DNA of 64,000 nucleotides. Origin: Eledone cirrhosa. Lineage: Eukaryota. Location of the stretch: assembly GCA_964016885.1 (NCBI GenBank), contig OZ024753.1:47058001-47122000 (forward strand), in the 5' to 3' direction. The position numbers and the translations under genes were made by a program. This document shows positions 1 to 10,876 of this stretch, one piece after another (the stretch's first letter is position 1; every line of letters starts with the position of its first letter). Under the pieces are notes generated by a model, which saw only the letters and a program-made list of their open reading frames with translations, had not been told where the DNA came from and did no database searches.

Positions 1-55
1 GCATATGCCGATCGCCGCGCCCTCTTTGCTCTATTTTAATGACCTGGAACTAAGT

Positions 56-168
56 AAAAAGAGTAGGAGATAACTCGACAAGAGCGGAGAGGGTGAGATT
101 CGAACCATGCAAAGTCGTTGGCTCCTGAAGTTCGTAAGCGGGGCTGCTACTGACTGAGCAGCGCCGGC
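56..168 (-). ncRNA. tRNA-like Pol III-type cassette (~113 nt): tRNA-derived ncRNA or SINE head, unit 1
   Basis: Minus strand GCCGGCGCTGCTCAGTCAGTAGCAGC (resembles tRNA-Lys 5' half / A box), GGTTCGAATC B box, TTTTT at 60-56, TATAA ~31-35 nt upstream. No canonical cloverleaf found by eye. Confidence 0.5.
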
Positions 169-472
169 AGCAAGGCAAATCGCGCATAAAATAACGCTTA
201 TATCGACAAAAAAAAAAAAAAAATTTCAATGTTGCACTCTTGTTTGTTGTTCTTTTATTTTACGTAAACATTTCGCTGCTCTAGCCTCTTATTTCCTATT
301 AGATTACACTTAATTCCATTAAACATTCATTCTTAGTCTCGTGGTAAACTATTTCATCTATATTTATATCGCTGTTACAGCCTTTTATTTCTACATCTAT
401 CACCTATAGCCACTGTTACGCCGGTAGTATAAGTAGCTTTATAACAAGAAACGATGATATAACTCCACAAAA

Positions 473-525
473 TGTCTTCTTGAGCAAGACACTTCACTTC
501 ATATTGCTCCAGTACACCGAGTTAC
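473..525 (+). mobile_element. Fragment of SINE central (CORE-like) domain; present in every unit
   Basis: CTTGAGCAAGACACTTCACTTCATATTGCTCCAGT matches the body of the full SINE at 13527-13880 (CTTGAGCAAGACACTTTATTTCACATTGCTCCAGT). Confidence 0.6.
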
Positions 526-1163
526 ACATAGACAGATACATACATACATACACAGATAGAAATGAGAGGTAGATAGAGTAAAAGATTTAAAGAGAGTGTG
601 AGAAGTACGAGTTAGATAGTGTAAAAGATTTAAAGAGAGGGTGAGAGTGTGACACACATTTATCTGTCTATCTCTCTCTATTTTAACACCGGTCGTTATA
701 ATTAGTTTTATAACACCGCTATATTACCGACATGAAAGAGGTAAATAATTATTTCTTAAATGTTTAGAACATGTTTCTCTTGTCTTCTTAAATGTATAGA
801 ACATGTTTCTTATTTATATTCTTAACATAGCTAGGACCTTATCTCATTTACTGGTCTCTACTTTTAGGGCTTTGCTGGTCCCATGTGCCCTCCATGAAGA
901 CACACTCGCCCCTTCTCTCTCAGTCTCCGTACTAATTACTACACATACGTATATATATTTATTTTAAGAAACCTTAATGACAAATAATATAAAGTGTTTG
1001 TAAAGTGGGGAAGAGTAGTTTTACGGTGGGGTTGTTATATAGATATCGTTTTTGCAGTGGGGTCGTGACTGGCGTATAATAATGAGTCACTGTTGATGTA
1101 TATACAAATCATGTTTTGGATATAAGTGAAGTTATTTAAGAGATTTAGTTGTTTTGTATACAT

Positions 1164-3133
1164 TCATAACGGTACGCGATGGGACCCACCCACAGCCCCG
1201 GCGGACAGAATGGAGAAGGCGTTTCCCCGGAGCACGGCAAGGGAGACGCGCTGGAAAAGCCACTCCAACTCGCGGGGCTCACACCTGCGGCTGGCCAGCT
1301 CAGCGCCTATGGTGGTGAGTAAGGAGGTAGCCCTGGGGCCGAGGACACCAGAAGTCTCCACTTCCAGGGGTACGACCGCAAACCTGTCGGAGAGTGAACG
1401 ATATGTGAGGAGTTTGGCCCCCTCAGCCTGACGTGCAGCAGAACCTGGGCCAGTCGCAGACTGCACCAGGTTGCGGCTGCAGAAAGTGTCGGTGCAAGTG
1501 GCATCCCAGACGAGGGGTTTGCCACCGCGGAACGGGAAGATGGTCATGCCATCTAGCCTTTTGCCGTCCCCTCGAGCTGGGAAGGGAAGCCTGCAGCGTC
1601 CAAGCCATGCTTAATGACTTCGTTGAGGGCAGCATGGCGTGGATTGCGGGTGGAGGCCGAAAGAGTCCATGGTGGAACGGCAGCGACATTGGTGTGAGGC
1701 CGAGCCTCAGGGAAACGCCGATGCGCAAGCTATTGTTGTCTAGCTGCGTGCGAGTGGAGAAGGAGGGCAGGGCATGGAGCCAGGCCCCACTGTGGGGTTT
1801 GGAGGCTGCACGAAAACAAACAAGGCGGTGCTGGTCGAGCTGGCGCGTGAGCCTGTCTGAGGCCAGGCTGCACTGGATGGCATCCCAAGTGTGTTGGGGG
1901 GGACTTGACGTCAACAGGGGGAGAAGGAGGAGGAACGTCTACTGGGCTAAGTCCCAGCCGGTCCCACGTCTCACAGGCGGCCACGCGTTCTCTGAACACA
2001 GAGGGTTCTGTTGTGTTTTGAAGAACCCTGCTGAGGAGGACGTGGTACGAGGTTACTGACGAAAGATATGCCGGCAAAGCTAGTGAGATCGGGGACTGGA
2101 GGCGAAGGCCGCCATACCTGACAGGTAAAGTTGCATATCTCATCGGCTGCTGCTCGGATACAAGTTTAGGTGTAGCACAGCGTGTATAGAGGAGCTTCGG
2201 CATGGCGTAGCAGTTCCTCAGCAGAAAGAGAACTGGGTGGGCATCAATCAAGCCCAGTCGGCTCGTGAGAGTCTGGACTTGATGGAGGAGCGGATGGCCG
2301 GCGGGTGGATCGGTGAGGGCATCCTCTTTGGGGGTCACCTGAACCTGGCGGAGAATGGACCGCACGTCCAAGACGGAGACTGCAAAGCTTGCAGCATCGA
2401 GGCTGACATTCACCACCTCCGACTTGGCTGAGTTGACCTGGAGGTCGATTCCCGCCAGGGCAGGAACCACCGATTGAAGGTCATGGCAGACCGCCTGTAC
2501 GGGCCCACCCAAAGTAGCATCATCCAGATACCAAACGTTGAGAGGGGCTGTTATACTCCAGGCGATGTGGTCAATACCAAGGGTGAACAGGAGGGGTCCC
2601 AAAGGGTTGCCCTGTTGGATCCCAGTAGCCAAGGGTATGACCGTATCAGCAGCATGGCGCATGCTTGGGGCTCCATATGACAGGTAGGCAGAGGGGGCTC
2701 GGCTGAGGCAGGCCTCGAGCAGATGATCCCAGCGTAAAGAGTTGAAGGCATTCCTCATGTCAAACTTGACAATGAGGTGGCTGGAGGCCCTGGATGCCGG
2801 TTCCGAGTGTTACGGACTTGCAGATTACCTTGGCAGCCAGCCTCCGGAAGACATTGCCCACAGCAATGGGGCGTATGCCATCCTCTTTCTTCCTGCGAGC
2901 GGTGAGGCTGGCCGAAAAAAAGAGGCCTCGAGCATAAGAGTCCAGGGCGCCATGGATGAGCCTATTGGTGAGCGCCACAATTGCACTCAGAAGGCCGCGC
3001 CCGGCCTCAGCGGAGAGGGGAGATATCAACTCCTTGAGGAGGCCTGGTCAGAGACCATCAACATCTCCGCAGCTGCTAGCTGGGAAGGACCTGATGGCGG
3101 ACATGATGTCTGCATCAGAAGCCACAAGGAGCA
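1164..3133 (-). pseudogene. Decayed, 5'-truncated CRE-clade non-LTR retrotransposon (RT, CCHC knuckle, RLE endonuclease), variant A
   Basis: Split ORFs: AIRSFP..GDVDGL*PG; KKEDGIRPIAVGNVFRRLAAK; RNAFNSL; GIQQGNPLGPLLF; VWYLDDATLGG; HSGAWLHALP; DGMTIFPFRGGKPLVWDATCTDT..VPLEVETSG (RLE). Frameshifts and internal deletions. Confidence 0.88.
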
Positions 3134-3208
3134 AGTGTGGATTACAATACAAAACCTCTGAGAATGATTTCTAAGATATTTCACCATAATTAATTTTCAT
3201 CAATATAT

Positions 3209-3519
3209 ATTAATATTATTATTGTTTATTAGGTCAGGTGGATTGGCCAGAACAATTCTACTCTTCTTTTTTAGATGTCACGATTTTTCATGGCATTCCT
3301 GAGATCATTAATCTCCAGCTGGAGATCCAGAGACATCTGATGTATGTAGGTGAACCTCAGTCATCCCACTTGGCTCTTACTATGTTTAGGTATCCACCAC
3401 AGGAGCCAGCTCATCAGGTCATCCTACCCTCAGCAGCAATGTCCAGCATCTATTGATTTCCGCTCCCTAGTTATTGTGGTAATCTTCGATATCTGGGAAT
3501 ATATTTCTTCTGCTTAAGG
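3209..3519 (-). mobile_element. 3' fragment of a second RTE-type LINE family (C-terminal coding remnant plus TAA-rich tail); in all 8 complete units
   Basis: Manual minus-strand translation AGHCC*G*DDLMSWLLWWIPKHSKSQVG*LRFTYIHQMSLDLQLEINDLRNAMKNRDI*KRRVE, then TAATAAACAATAATAAT. Copies at ~12949, 18862, 24787, 38370, 44310, 54067, 59978. Confidence 0.7.
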
Positions 3520-3586
3520 GAGTAATAAATATATAGTTTTAAAAAAAACATATATATACACACACATATATATATGTTGTCATTTA

Positions 3587-3710
3587 TAAGAGTTCTCTAT
3601 CAAAAGCCTTCTCTATGTCCAAAGCTAAGTATAGTGGCTTATTTTTCTCTAAGAACCTCTTTTGTAGTTGTCTCACTAAGAAGAGGGCATCTGTTGCACT
3701 TTTCAGCGGC
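3587..3710 (-). mobile_element. Short RTE RT fragment, cut by the left breakpoint of the L block
   Basis: SATDALFLVRQLQKRFLEKNKPLYLALDIEKAFDR is homologous to the 27161-30280 ORF; in S units it extends to MQFGFVP (e.g. 13327-13473). Confidence 0.85.
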
Positions 3711-4073
3711 TTAATTAATTAATGAGGTTTAATTAATGAGGAATTTTGAGGTATTTATAACAATTATTAATTATTTCATTACTGAGATATCATTTGAAGG
3801 ACTTACTAATGTTTTTATTTATTAATTATTTTATTAGTAACTTAACATGTGGTTCTTGTATAAAATTATGTTGGAAGATTTTAGGAAGATGCTATGTAGC
3901 CGGTCGCGGTAAAATAGACGCCCAGGCTATGTAGCCGGTAAGAGTGTCAGACTCCATGTGTTGCGGCCCTTTATGGTCTGAGTTAAGACAATTTAAAATC
4001 TTTTCCACCATCAATTGTTAAAAAACAAGTTAAAATCATTTTGTCGTCCATTTGTAACGTACGTTACACTTTA

Positions 4074-4850
4074 GTTACATACACATATACTATGTTACAT
4101 ACACACATCTACTGTGTTACATACACACACATCAACTGGGTTATATACACACACATCTACTGCGTTACATACACATCTACTGTGTTACACACACATCTAC
4201 TGTGTTACATACACACACATCTACTGAGTTACATACACACACATCTACTGTGTTACATACACACACATCTTCTGTGTTACATACACACATCTACTGTGTT
4301 ACATACACACACCTGTGTTACATACACACACATCTACTGAGTTACATACACACAGATCTACTGTGTTACATACACACACATCTACTGTGTTACACACATC
4401 TTCTATGTTACATACACACAATCTACTGTGTTACATACACACATCTACTGAGTTACATACACACACATCTACTGAGTTACATACACACACATGTACTGTG
4501 TTACATACACACATCTACTGTGTTACATACATACACATCTACTGTGTTACATACATACACATCTACTGTTACATACACACATCTACCGTGTTACACACAC
4601 ACATCTACCGTGTTACACACACACATCTACCGTGTTACACACACACATCTACCGTGTTACACACACACATCTACTGAGTTACATACACATATACTGAGTT
4701 ACATGCAAACACACATCTACTCTGTTACATATACACATCTACTGTGTTACATACACATCTACTGTGATACACACACACACATCTACTCATACATATTCAT
4801 AAATAGACACACATTATACAAATAATTATTACATACACACACATCTCTGT
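4074..4850. repeat. ~22-24 bp minisatellite (ACATACACACACATCTACTGTGTT)n
   Basis: Tandem copies seen directly; yields HTHTSTVL / YIHTHLLC pseudo-ORFs. Confidence 0.95.
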
Positions 4851-5614
4851 AATAATTCAGGAAGGAAGGGGCTGGTGAAACGCTATAGCAATGTGTGTGT
4901 GTTGTGTACCTTTCAGGTTTACCGGTTTCGTAGCCTATTTGAAGATTTTATTATAATTATGAACCTTATAATTCAATTAATTATGAATAATTTTGAGCTA
5001 TTTATCACAATTGTTAGTTAATTACTAACATAGTAACTTACCATATGGTTGTTATATAGAATTTTGTTGGAAGACTTTAATTTAGATAGGAACCATTTCC
5101 ATAGTACGAGAACTAATTTTGGCTGGGTTTCTACCAAAAGGGTTAATGAAGAATTTTGAACAATTTACTAAAATTATTAATTATTTCATTACTAAGATAA
5201 TGTGTGAATACACAATTATATGTGTGTATATATATATAAACAGTATATATATATATAGTATATATATATATAAACAGTATATATATATATAGTATATATA
5301 TATATAAACAGTATATATATAGTATACAAAAGATGTAGTGGGATAGTGTGTAGTCTTAAGACAAGTCTGTCCAGATAGCTGCGCTGTAACTTACACTTAT
5401 TGGGACTGTGTGTTGGCAAGCAGGCCTGTATTTTGGGATCTAGCTGGTCCATTATGAGGGAGGTCTGGTTAGTTGGCAGCACCATGCCTTACTTGTGGTA
5501 TATGTATGTATAGAAATAAGTTATTGTATATGCATAACTGTCCATCTATATGTATACATGTATGTTTACTTATATCTTTGCATACATATATACATTTTCA
5601 GATGTATACACGTA

Positions 5615-7535
5615 ATGGTCACCCGGATAGTAAACCAAGTCATACAGAATGGGGTTGTTCTGAAGGACTGGCGTAGCAGCATCATCATTAACTGTTACAA
5701 GGGTAAAGGAGATGCCCTAGATAGGAGTAACTATAGAGGCATTAAATTAATCGACCAGGTCATGAAGGTCACGGAAAAAGTAATAGCGCAACTAATCAGA
5801 GAGAGAATTGATCTAGATGAAATGCAGTTCGGGTTTGTGTCAGGTAAAAGTACCACAGACGCTCTTTTCATTGTACGACAACTACAGGAGAAGTACCTAG
5901 TTAAAAGTAAACCCCTATACTTAGCTTTTGTTGACTTGGAGAAAGCCTTCGACAGAGTCCCCCGTTCCATTATCTGGTGGGCTCTTAGAAAACTAGGTGT
6001 TGAGGAATGGCTTGTGAGAGCTATACGAGCCATGTATAAAGAAACAGTCAGCAAGGTTAGAATTAACAACGAATATAGTGAAGAGTTTAGCGTAAAAGTT
6101 GGTGTTCATCAGGGCTCCGTCCTTAGCCCCCTACTATTTATTATTGCCCTTCAGGCTATAACAGTGGAGTTCAAGACCGGCTGCCCATGGGAACTCCTAT
6201 ACGCAGATGATCTAACGCTCATAGCTGAATCAATGGCCGAGCTAGAGAAGAAATTCCAAACATGGAAGCAAGGCCTAGAATCAGAAGGCCTTAAAATTAA
6301 CCTGGCTAAGACTAAAGTTCTAGTTTGTAGGAAAGAAAATAAGGCGCCGGTCCCTTCCGGGAAATGGCCATGCTCAGTGTGTAGGAAAGGCGTAGGTAGA
6401 AACTCCATTTTATGTCCCAAATGCAAAGTATGGGTTCATAAAAGATGTAGTGGGATCACAGGTAAGCTAACTAAGAACATAGATTTTACATGTGGCCGGT
6501 GCTCTGGTGCAATAAGTAGCAGCAAGTGCCCACAAAATACTAGCTCTTTCAATTGCGCAGAGGGTTCTATAGAAATAGTGGACAGCTTCCGTTACCTGGG
6601 TGACAAAATCAGCAGTGGGGGAGGGTGCTCTGAAAGTACAGTAGCTAGAGTCAGAACTGGATGGAAAAAGTTCAGAGAGCTTATACCACTATTAGCCGCT
6701 AAAGGGTTCTCCCTAAAAATGAAAGGCAGGTTGTATGATGCCTGCATATGAACAGCAATGTTGCATGGCAGTGAGACCTGGGCATTGTGTGCAGAGGATA
6801 TACGCAGACTAGAGAGGAACGAAGCTTGCATGCTTCGCTGGATGTGTAATAGTAATATATGTGAACGGCAAAGCATAAACGAACTAAGGGAAAAATTAGA
6901 AATAAGAGGGATCTGATGTTGTGTACTCGAGAGAAGACTACGTTGGTATGGTCCACGTGATGCGGATGAAAGACGACAGCTGTATAAAAAAAATGCAGGG
7001 CAATAAAGATAGACGGTAGCCACGGAGTAGGCAGACCCAGAAAAACCTGGGACGACTTGATAAATTCCGACCTCACACACTTACACCTCTCCAAGACAAT
7101 GTCACTGGACCGAGATCTTTGGCGGTACTCAGTAATAGAGAAGACCCGCCTTACCTAGATACAAAGTAAAACCTACTACAGTCAGTAGGCACCTCTAACA
7201 AAATACACCCCCACCCCATCCACACCGCCCCTTTCAATGTAAAGTTATGTTGGTGCCACAACATCCAGGCCGAAACAAATGAGGGCGTGTAGGTGTCACG
7301 ACAAAAAAAAAAAAACACAGTCCACGCAGTAATGTGGCCGTGTAGGTAACACGGTAAAAACCTCCCAGTCCCACACTGTAAATGCGGTTGGTGTTAGGAA
7401 GGGCATCCAGCTGTAGAAAACCCGCCAGACAGTCCTATGCGAGCAAGACAACCACTCTTGCCTCAAGTGGGAAAATTCCCGTCCAAACCCATGCAAGCGT
7501 GGAATATGGACGTTAAACGATGATGATGATGATGA

Positions 7536-7539
<4 letters not shown>
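5615..7539 (+). mobile_element. 5'-truncated RTE LINE (RT + PHD-like finger + 3' UTR + (GAT)n tail), inactivated
   Basis: ORF 5495-6751 with NYRGIKL, QFGFV, FVDLEKAFDRVP, GVHQGSVLSPLLF, LLYADD; premature TGA after DACI and a later frameshift; ends GGACGTTAAACGATGATGAT. Confidence 0.93.
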
Positions 7540-7573
<34 letters not shown>

Positions 7574-7577
<4 letters not shown>

Positions 7578-8700
7578 CTTTGACATTTCTTAGAAAAAAA
7601 ATGAAAAAGTTTTGTGAGAACCCCAATGTTTATTTATTTTATTTTATTTTTAAATAAAATTAATAACATTAATTTTATTTTGAAATTAGGTTTATAAATA
7701 TTAATTATCAGCAGACCTTTGTAGCAGTCTTGGCGGCTTAGTGGGAAGTACCAGAGATGGTGAGGTCCTTGTCTGTAGGTTCAATCCTGGTCTGGGAGTT
7801 CAATCATTGCTGTAATGTGTCCTGTTAATCTTTTTTTAAATTTTCCTCAGAAAAAACTGAAAATCTTTGGTGAGAACCCCAATGTCTATTTATCTAATAT
7901 AATTTAATTTATTTTATTTTAGTTTACTTTAGTTAAATTGTCAAAACCACTGGTGATCTAAAGTTAGAGGAGACAGATAAAATAGACATATTGTCTCCTC
8001 AACCTTTAGATCTTCAGTGTTTTCGACAATTTAACTAAAATAAAAAATTAAATTCAATATAATTAAATAAATAGGGGTTCTCTTTTTCAAAGAGATATAG
8101 AAAGAAAATTATAAAAGATTAACATGACACCTTACATGTATCTCATGGACCAGGATTGAACCTGAGTCCCCAATTCAACCCTCAGACCAGGATTGAACAC
8201 CCAGAACAGGATCTCACCATCTCTGGTACTTCCCACTAAGCTACCGAGACTGATACAAAGATGTACTGAAATTTAATATTTATAAACCTACTTTCAAAAT
8301 AAAATTAAAAATAAAATATATATATATATATATTCCTTTGACATTTCTTAGAAAAAAGAACTGAAAAAGTTTTGTGAGAACGCCAATGTCTATTTATTTT
8401 ATTTTATTTTTAATTAAATTAGTTATATTTTGAAAGTAGGTTTATAAATATTAATTTTCAATAGACCTTTGTAGCAGTCTTGGTGGCTTAGTGGGAAGTA
8501 CCAGAGATGGTGAGATCCTTGTCTGTAAGTTCAATTCTTGCTTGGAGACATGTCTAATGTGTCCTATTAATCTTTTTTTAATTTTCCTTTTACATCTCTT
8601 AGAAATAACTGAAAATCTTTGGTGAGAACCCCAATGTCTATTTATCTAATATAATTAATTTAATTTAATTTAATTTAATTTTTATTTTAGTGAAACCACT
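7574..8700. repeat. Fold-back triple repeat (forward, inverted, forward) of a ~370-400 bp module containing a tRNA-like head
   Basis: CTTAGTGGGAAGTACCAGAGATGGTGAG at ~7737 and ~8487 (+) and its reverse complement at ~8213-8240; symmetry centre ~7978-7990 (GAGGAGACA..TGTCTCCTC). Confidence 0.85.
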
Positions 8701-9040
8701 GTTGTATTCAAGAGACCAGGTGGAGGGGTGGGTCTGCTAGATTCATCGTGGGTAAAGAACGGTGCTATGAACTTTTCTGGGTGGGAAATGACAATGGGCT
8801 GGGTATACACATACCACCCCACCACCCCACCGTAAAGTGGTCGTGGAGGCGCCACGGCAAAAAAGCACCCAGCCCGCTCTGTAAAGCTGACGTGGAGGTG
8901 CCACGGAAAAAAAAAAAGCACCCAGCACTCACTGCAAACTGGGTTGGCGTCAGGAAGGGCACCCAGCTGTAGAAACCAATCCAGAATCAGCTCCCACCCC
9001 ACCCTTGCAAGCATGGAAAAGCGGACGTATGATGAAGTTG
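8701..9040 (+). mobile_element. Remnant of the internally deleted RTE derivative in L units (copies 34110-34449, 49781-50120)
   Basis: Matches 14584-14922; its 5' part is replaced by the L block. Confidence 0.8.
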
Positions 9041-9607
9041 ATATATATATATATATATATTAGTATATATATACACATATATATATACACACATATATAT
9101 CAGTGTACATATATATATACATATATATATATATATAAATGAATATTTATTCAATTTAAAGCGCCAATTATCTATATATAACAAGATATGAATTTTTCTA
9201 GGGATGGGGAAATTTTCAGTTTGTTTTTATATTTTCACTTCATTTTTTACTTTCTATTTAATACAGTCTTTGATCCAATATAATCCTGACAGTATTTGAA
9301 CCAGTTTACCTCATATATATGTATGCACACACAACACTCAAGTTTCGCCATCTACTGCTATTTCATTCATATTTATTGTTTAATTAACTCTGGTCTAATT
9401 CATCAACTATTGTTAATTATATTATTACGTAGATTTCTTATAAAATCTAGTGCATATATACGTGTATATATACAGGGAGACACTGTGTAATAGATGTAAA
9501 GAGAGTGGGAGATAGAGTTATAGAAGTAAAGAGAGGGAGAGAAATAAGCGGTAGATAGAGCAATAGATGTAAAGAGAGGGTTAGAACGTTCAACTTGACA
9601 GTCAGTA

Positions 9608-9679
9608 CATATGCCAACTACCCAACCGGCCAGCCAGCCGTATTTGCGGTTGACTGGCCAGTTGGGCGGTTGGTATGTG
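9608..9679. other. 72-bp imperfect palindrome (allele at L-unit ends, centre GCCGTATTTGCGGT)
   Basis: Arms CATATGCCAACTACCCAACCGGCCAGCCAGCCG / CGGTTGACTGGCCAGTTGGGCGGTTGGTATGTG; same allele at 35055-35126 and 50726-50797. Confidence 0.85.
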
Positions 9680-9782
9680 GAACGTTCAACTATGCAGTCA
9701 GTACCAAAGTTCAACATTGTAGCCAGTGCATATGCCGATCGCCGCGACCTCTTTGCTCTATTTAAATGACCTGGAACTAAGT

Positions 9783-9895
9783 AAAAAGAGTAGGAGATAA
9801 CTCGACAAGAGCGGAGAGGGTGAGATTCGAACCATGTAAAGTCGTTGGCTCCTGAAGTTCGTAAGCGGGGCTGCTACTGACTGATCAACGCCGGC
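9783..9895 (-). ncRNA. tRNA-like Pol III-type cassette, unit 2 (allele B, GCCGGCGTTGATCAGTCAG)
   Basis: Same TATA/A/B/T5 layout as 56-168; two substitutions in the A-box region. Confidence 0.5.
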
Positions 9896-10876
9896 AGCAA
9901 GGCAAATCGCGCATAAAATAACGCTTATATTGAGAAAATAAAACAAAAATTTCAATGTTGCACTCTTGTTTGTTGTTCTTTTATTTTACGTAAATATTTC
10001 GCTGCTCTAGCCTCTTATTTCCTATTAGATTACACTTAATTCCATTAAACATTCATTCTTAGTCTCGTGGTAAACTATTTCATCTATATTTATATCGCTG
10101 TTACAGCCTTTTATTTCTACATCTATCACCTATAGCCACTGTTACGCCGGTAGTATAAGTAGCTTTATAACAAGAAACGATGATATAACTCCACAAAATG
10201 TCTTCTTGAGCAAGACACTTCACCTCATATTGCTCCAGTACACCGAGTTACACATAGACAGATACATACATACACATATATATGTACACAGATAGAAATA
10301 AGAGGGAGATAGAGTAAAAGATGGAAAGATAGTGTAAAAGATTTAAAGAGAGGGTGAGAGTGTGACACACATTTATCTGTCTATCTCTCTCTATTTTAAC
10401 ACCGGTCGTTATAATTAGTTTTATAACACCGCTATATTACCGACATGAAAGAGGTAAATAATTATTTCTTAAATGTTTAGAACATGTTTCTCTTGTCTTC
10501 TTAAATGTATAGAACATGTTTCTTATTTATATTCTTAACATAGCTAGGACCTTATCTCATTTACTGGTCTCTACTTTTAGGGCTTTGCTGGTCCCATGTG
10601 CCCTCCATGAAGACACACTCGCCCCTTCTCTCTCAGTCTCCGTACTAATTACTACACATACGTATATATATTTATTTTAAGAAACCTTAATGACAAATAA
10701 TATAAAGTGTTTGTAAAGTGGGGAAGAGTAGTTTTACGGTGGGGTTGTTATATAGATATCGTTTTTGCAGTGGGGTCGTGACTGGCGTATAATAATGAGT
10801 CACTGTTGATGTATATACAAATCATATTTTGGATATAAGTGAAGTTATTTAAGAGATTTAGTTGTTTTGTATACAT

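Larger units (their letters stand above)
3711..8700. repeat. L-unit-specific ~5-kb block (copy 1); other copies 25289-34109 (with the RTE insertion) and 44812-49780
   Basis: L diverges from S after TTTTCAGCGGC (3710) and rejoins at GTTGTATTCAAGAGACC (8701). Confidence 0.9.

Noticed and set aside
56-168. Canonical tRNA (Lys/Ser/Sec) or 7SL
   Set aside because: No acceptor-stem pairing or proper anticodon arm by eye; similarity limited to the A/B box regions.
990-1092. hAT/MITE-like terminus (GGGGTCGTGAC..GTCACTG) next to the CRE 3' end
   Set aside because: Only a remembered resemblance; no partner TIR or TSD found.
1126-3174. Plus-strand ORFs over the CRE relic
   Set aside because: Shadow ORFs in GC-rich antisense sequence with no recognisable domains.
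3400-3425. Hammerhead core CTGATGAG on the minus strand
   Set aside because: Lies in RTE coding remnant (DLMSW); no correctly placed GAAA or stems.
3238-3456. 72-aa ORF MDWPEQF.. as a host gene
   Set aside because: Antisense to an RTE C-terminal remnant and broken by a stop in units 4 and 6.
4858-4945. Penelope-type hammerhead-like motifs (GAAACGC; CGAAACCGGT on the minus strand)
   Set aside because: No CTGANGA core or stem II; too degenerate to support.
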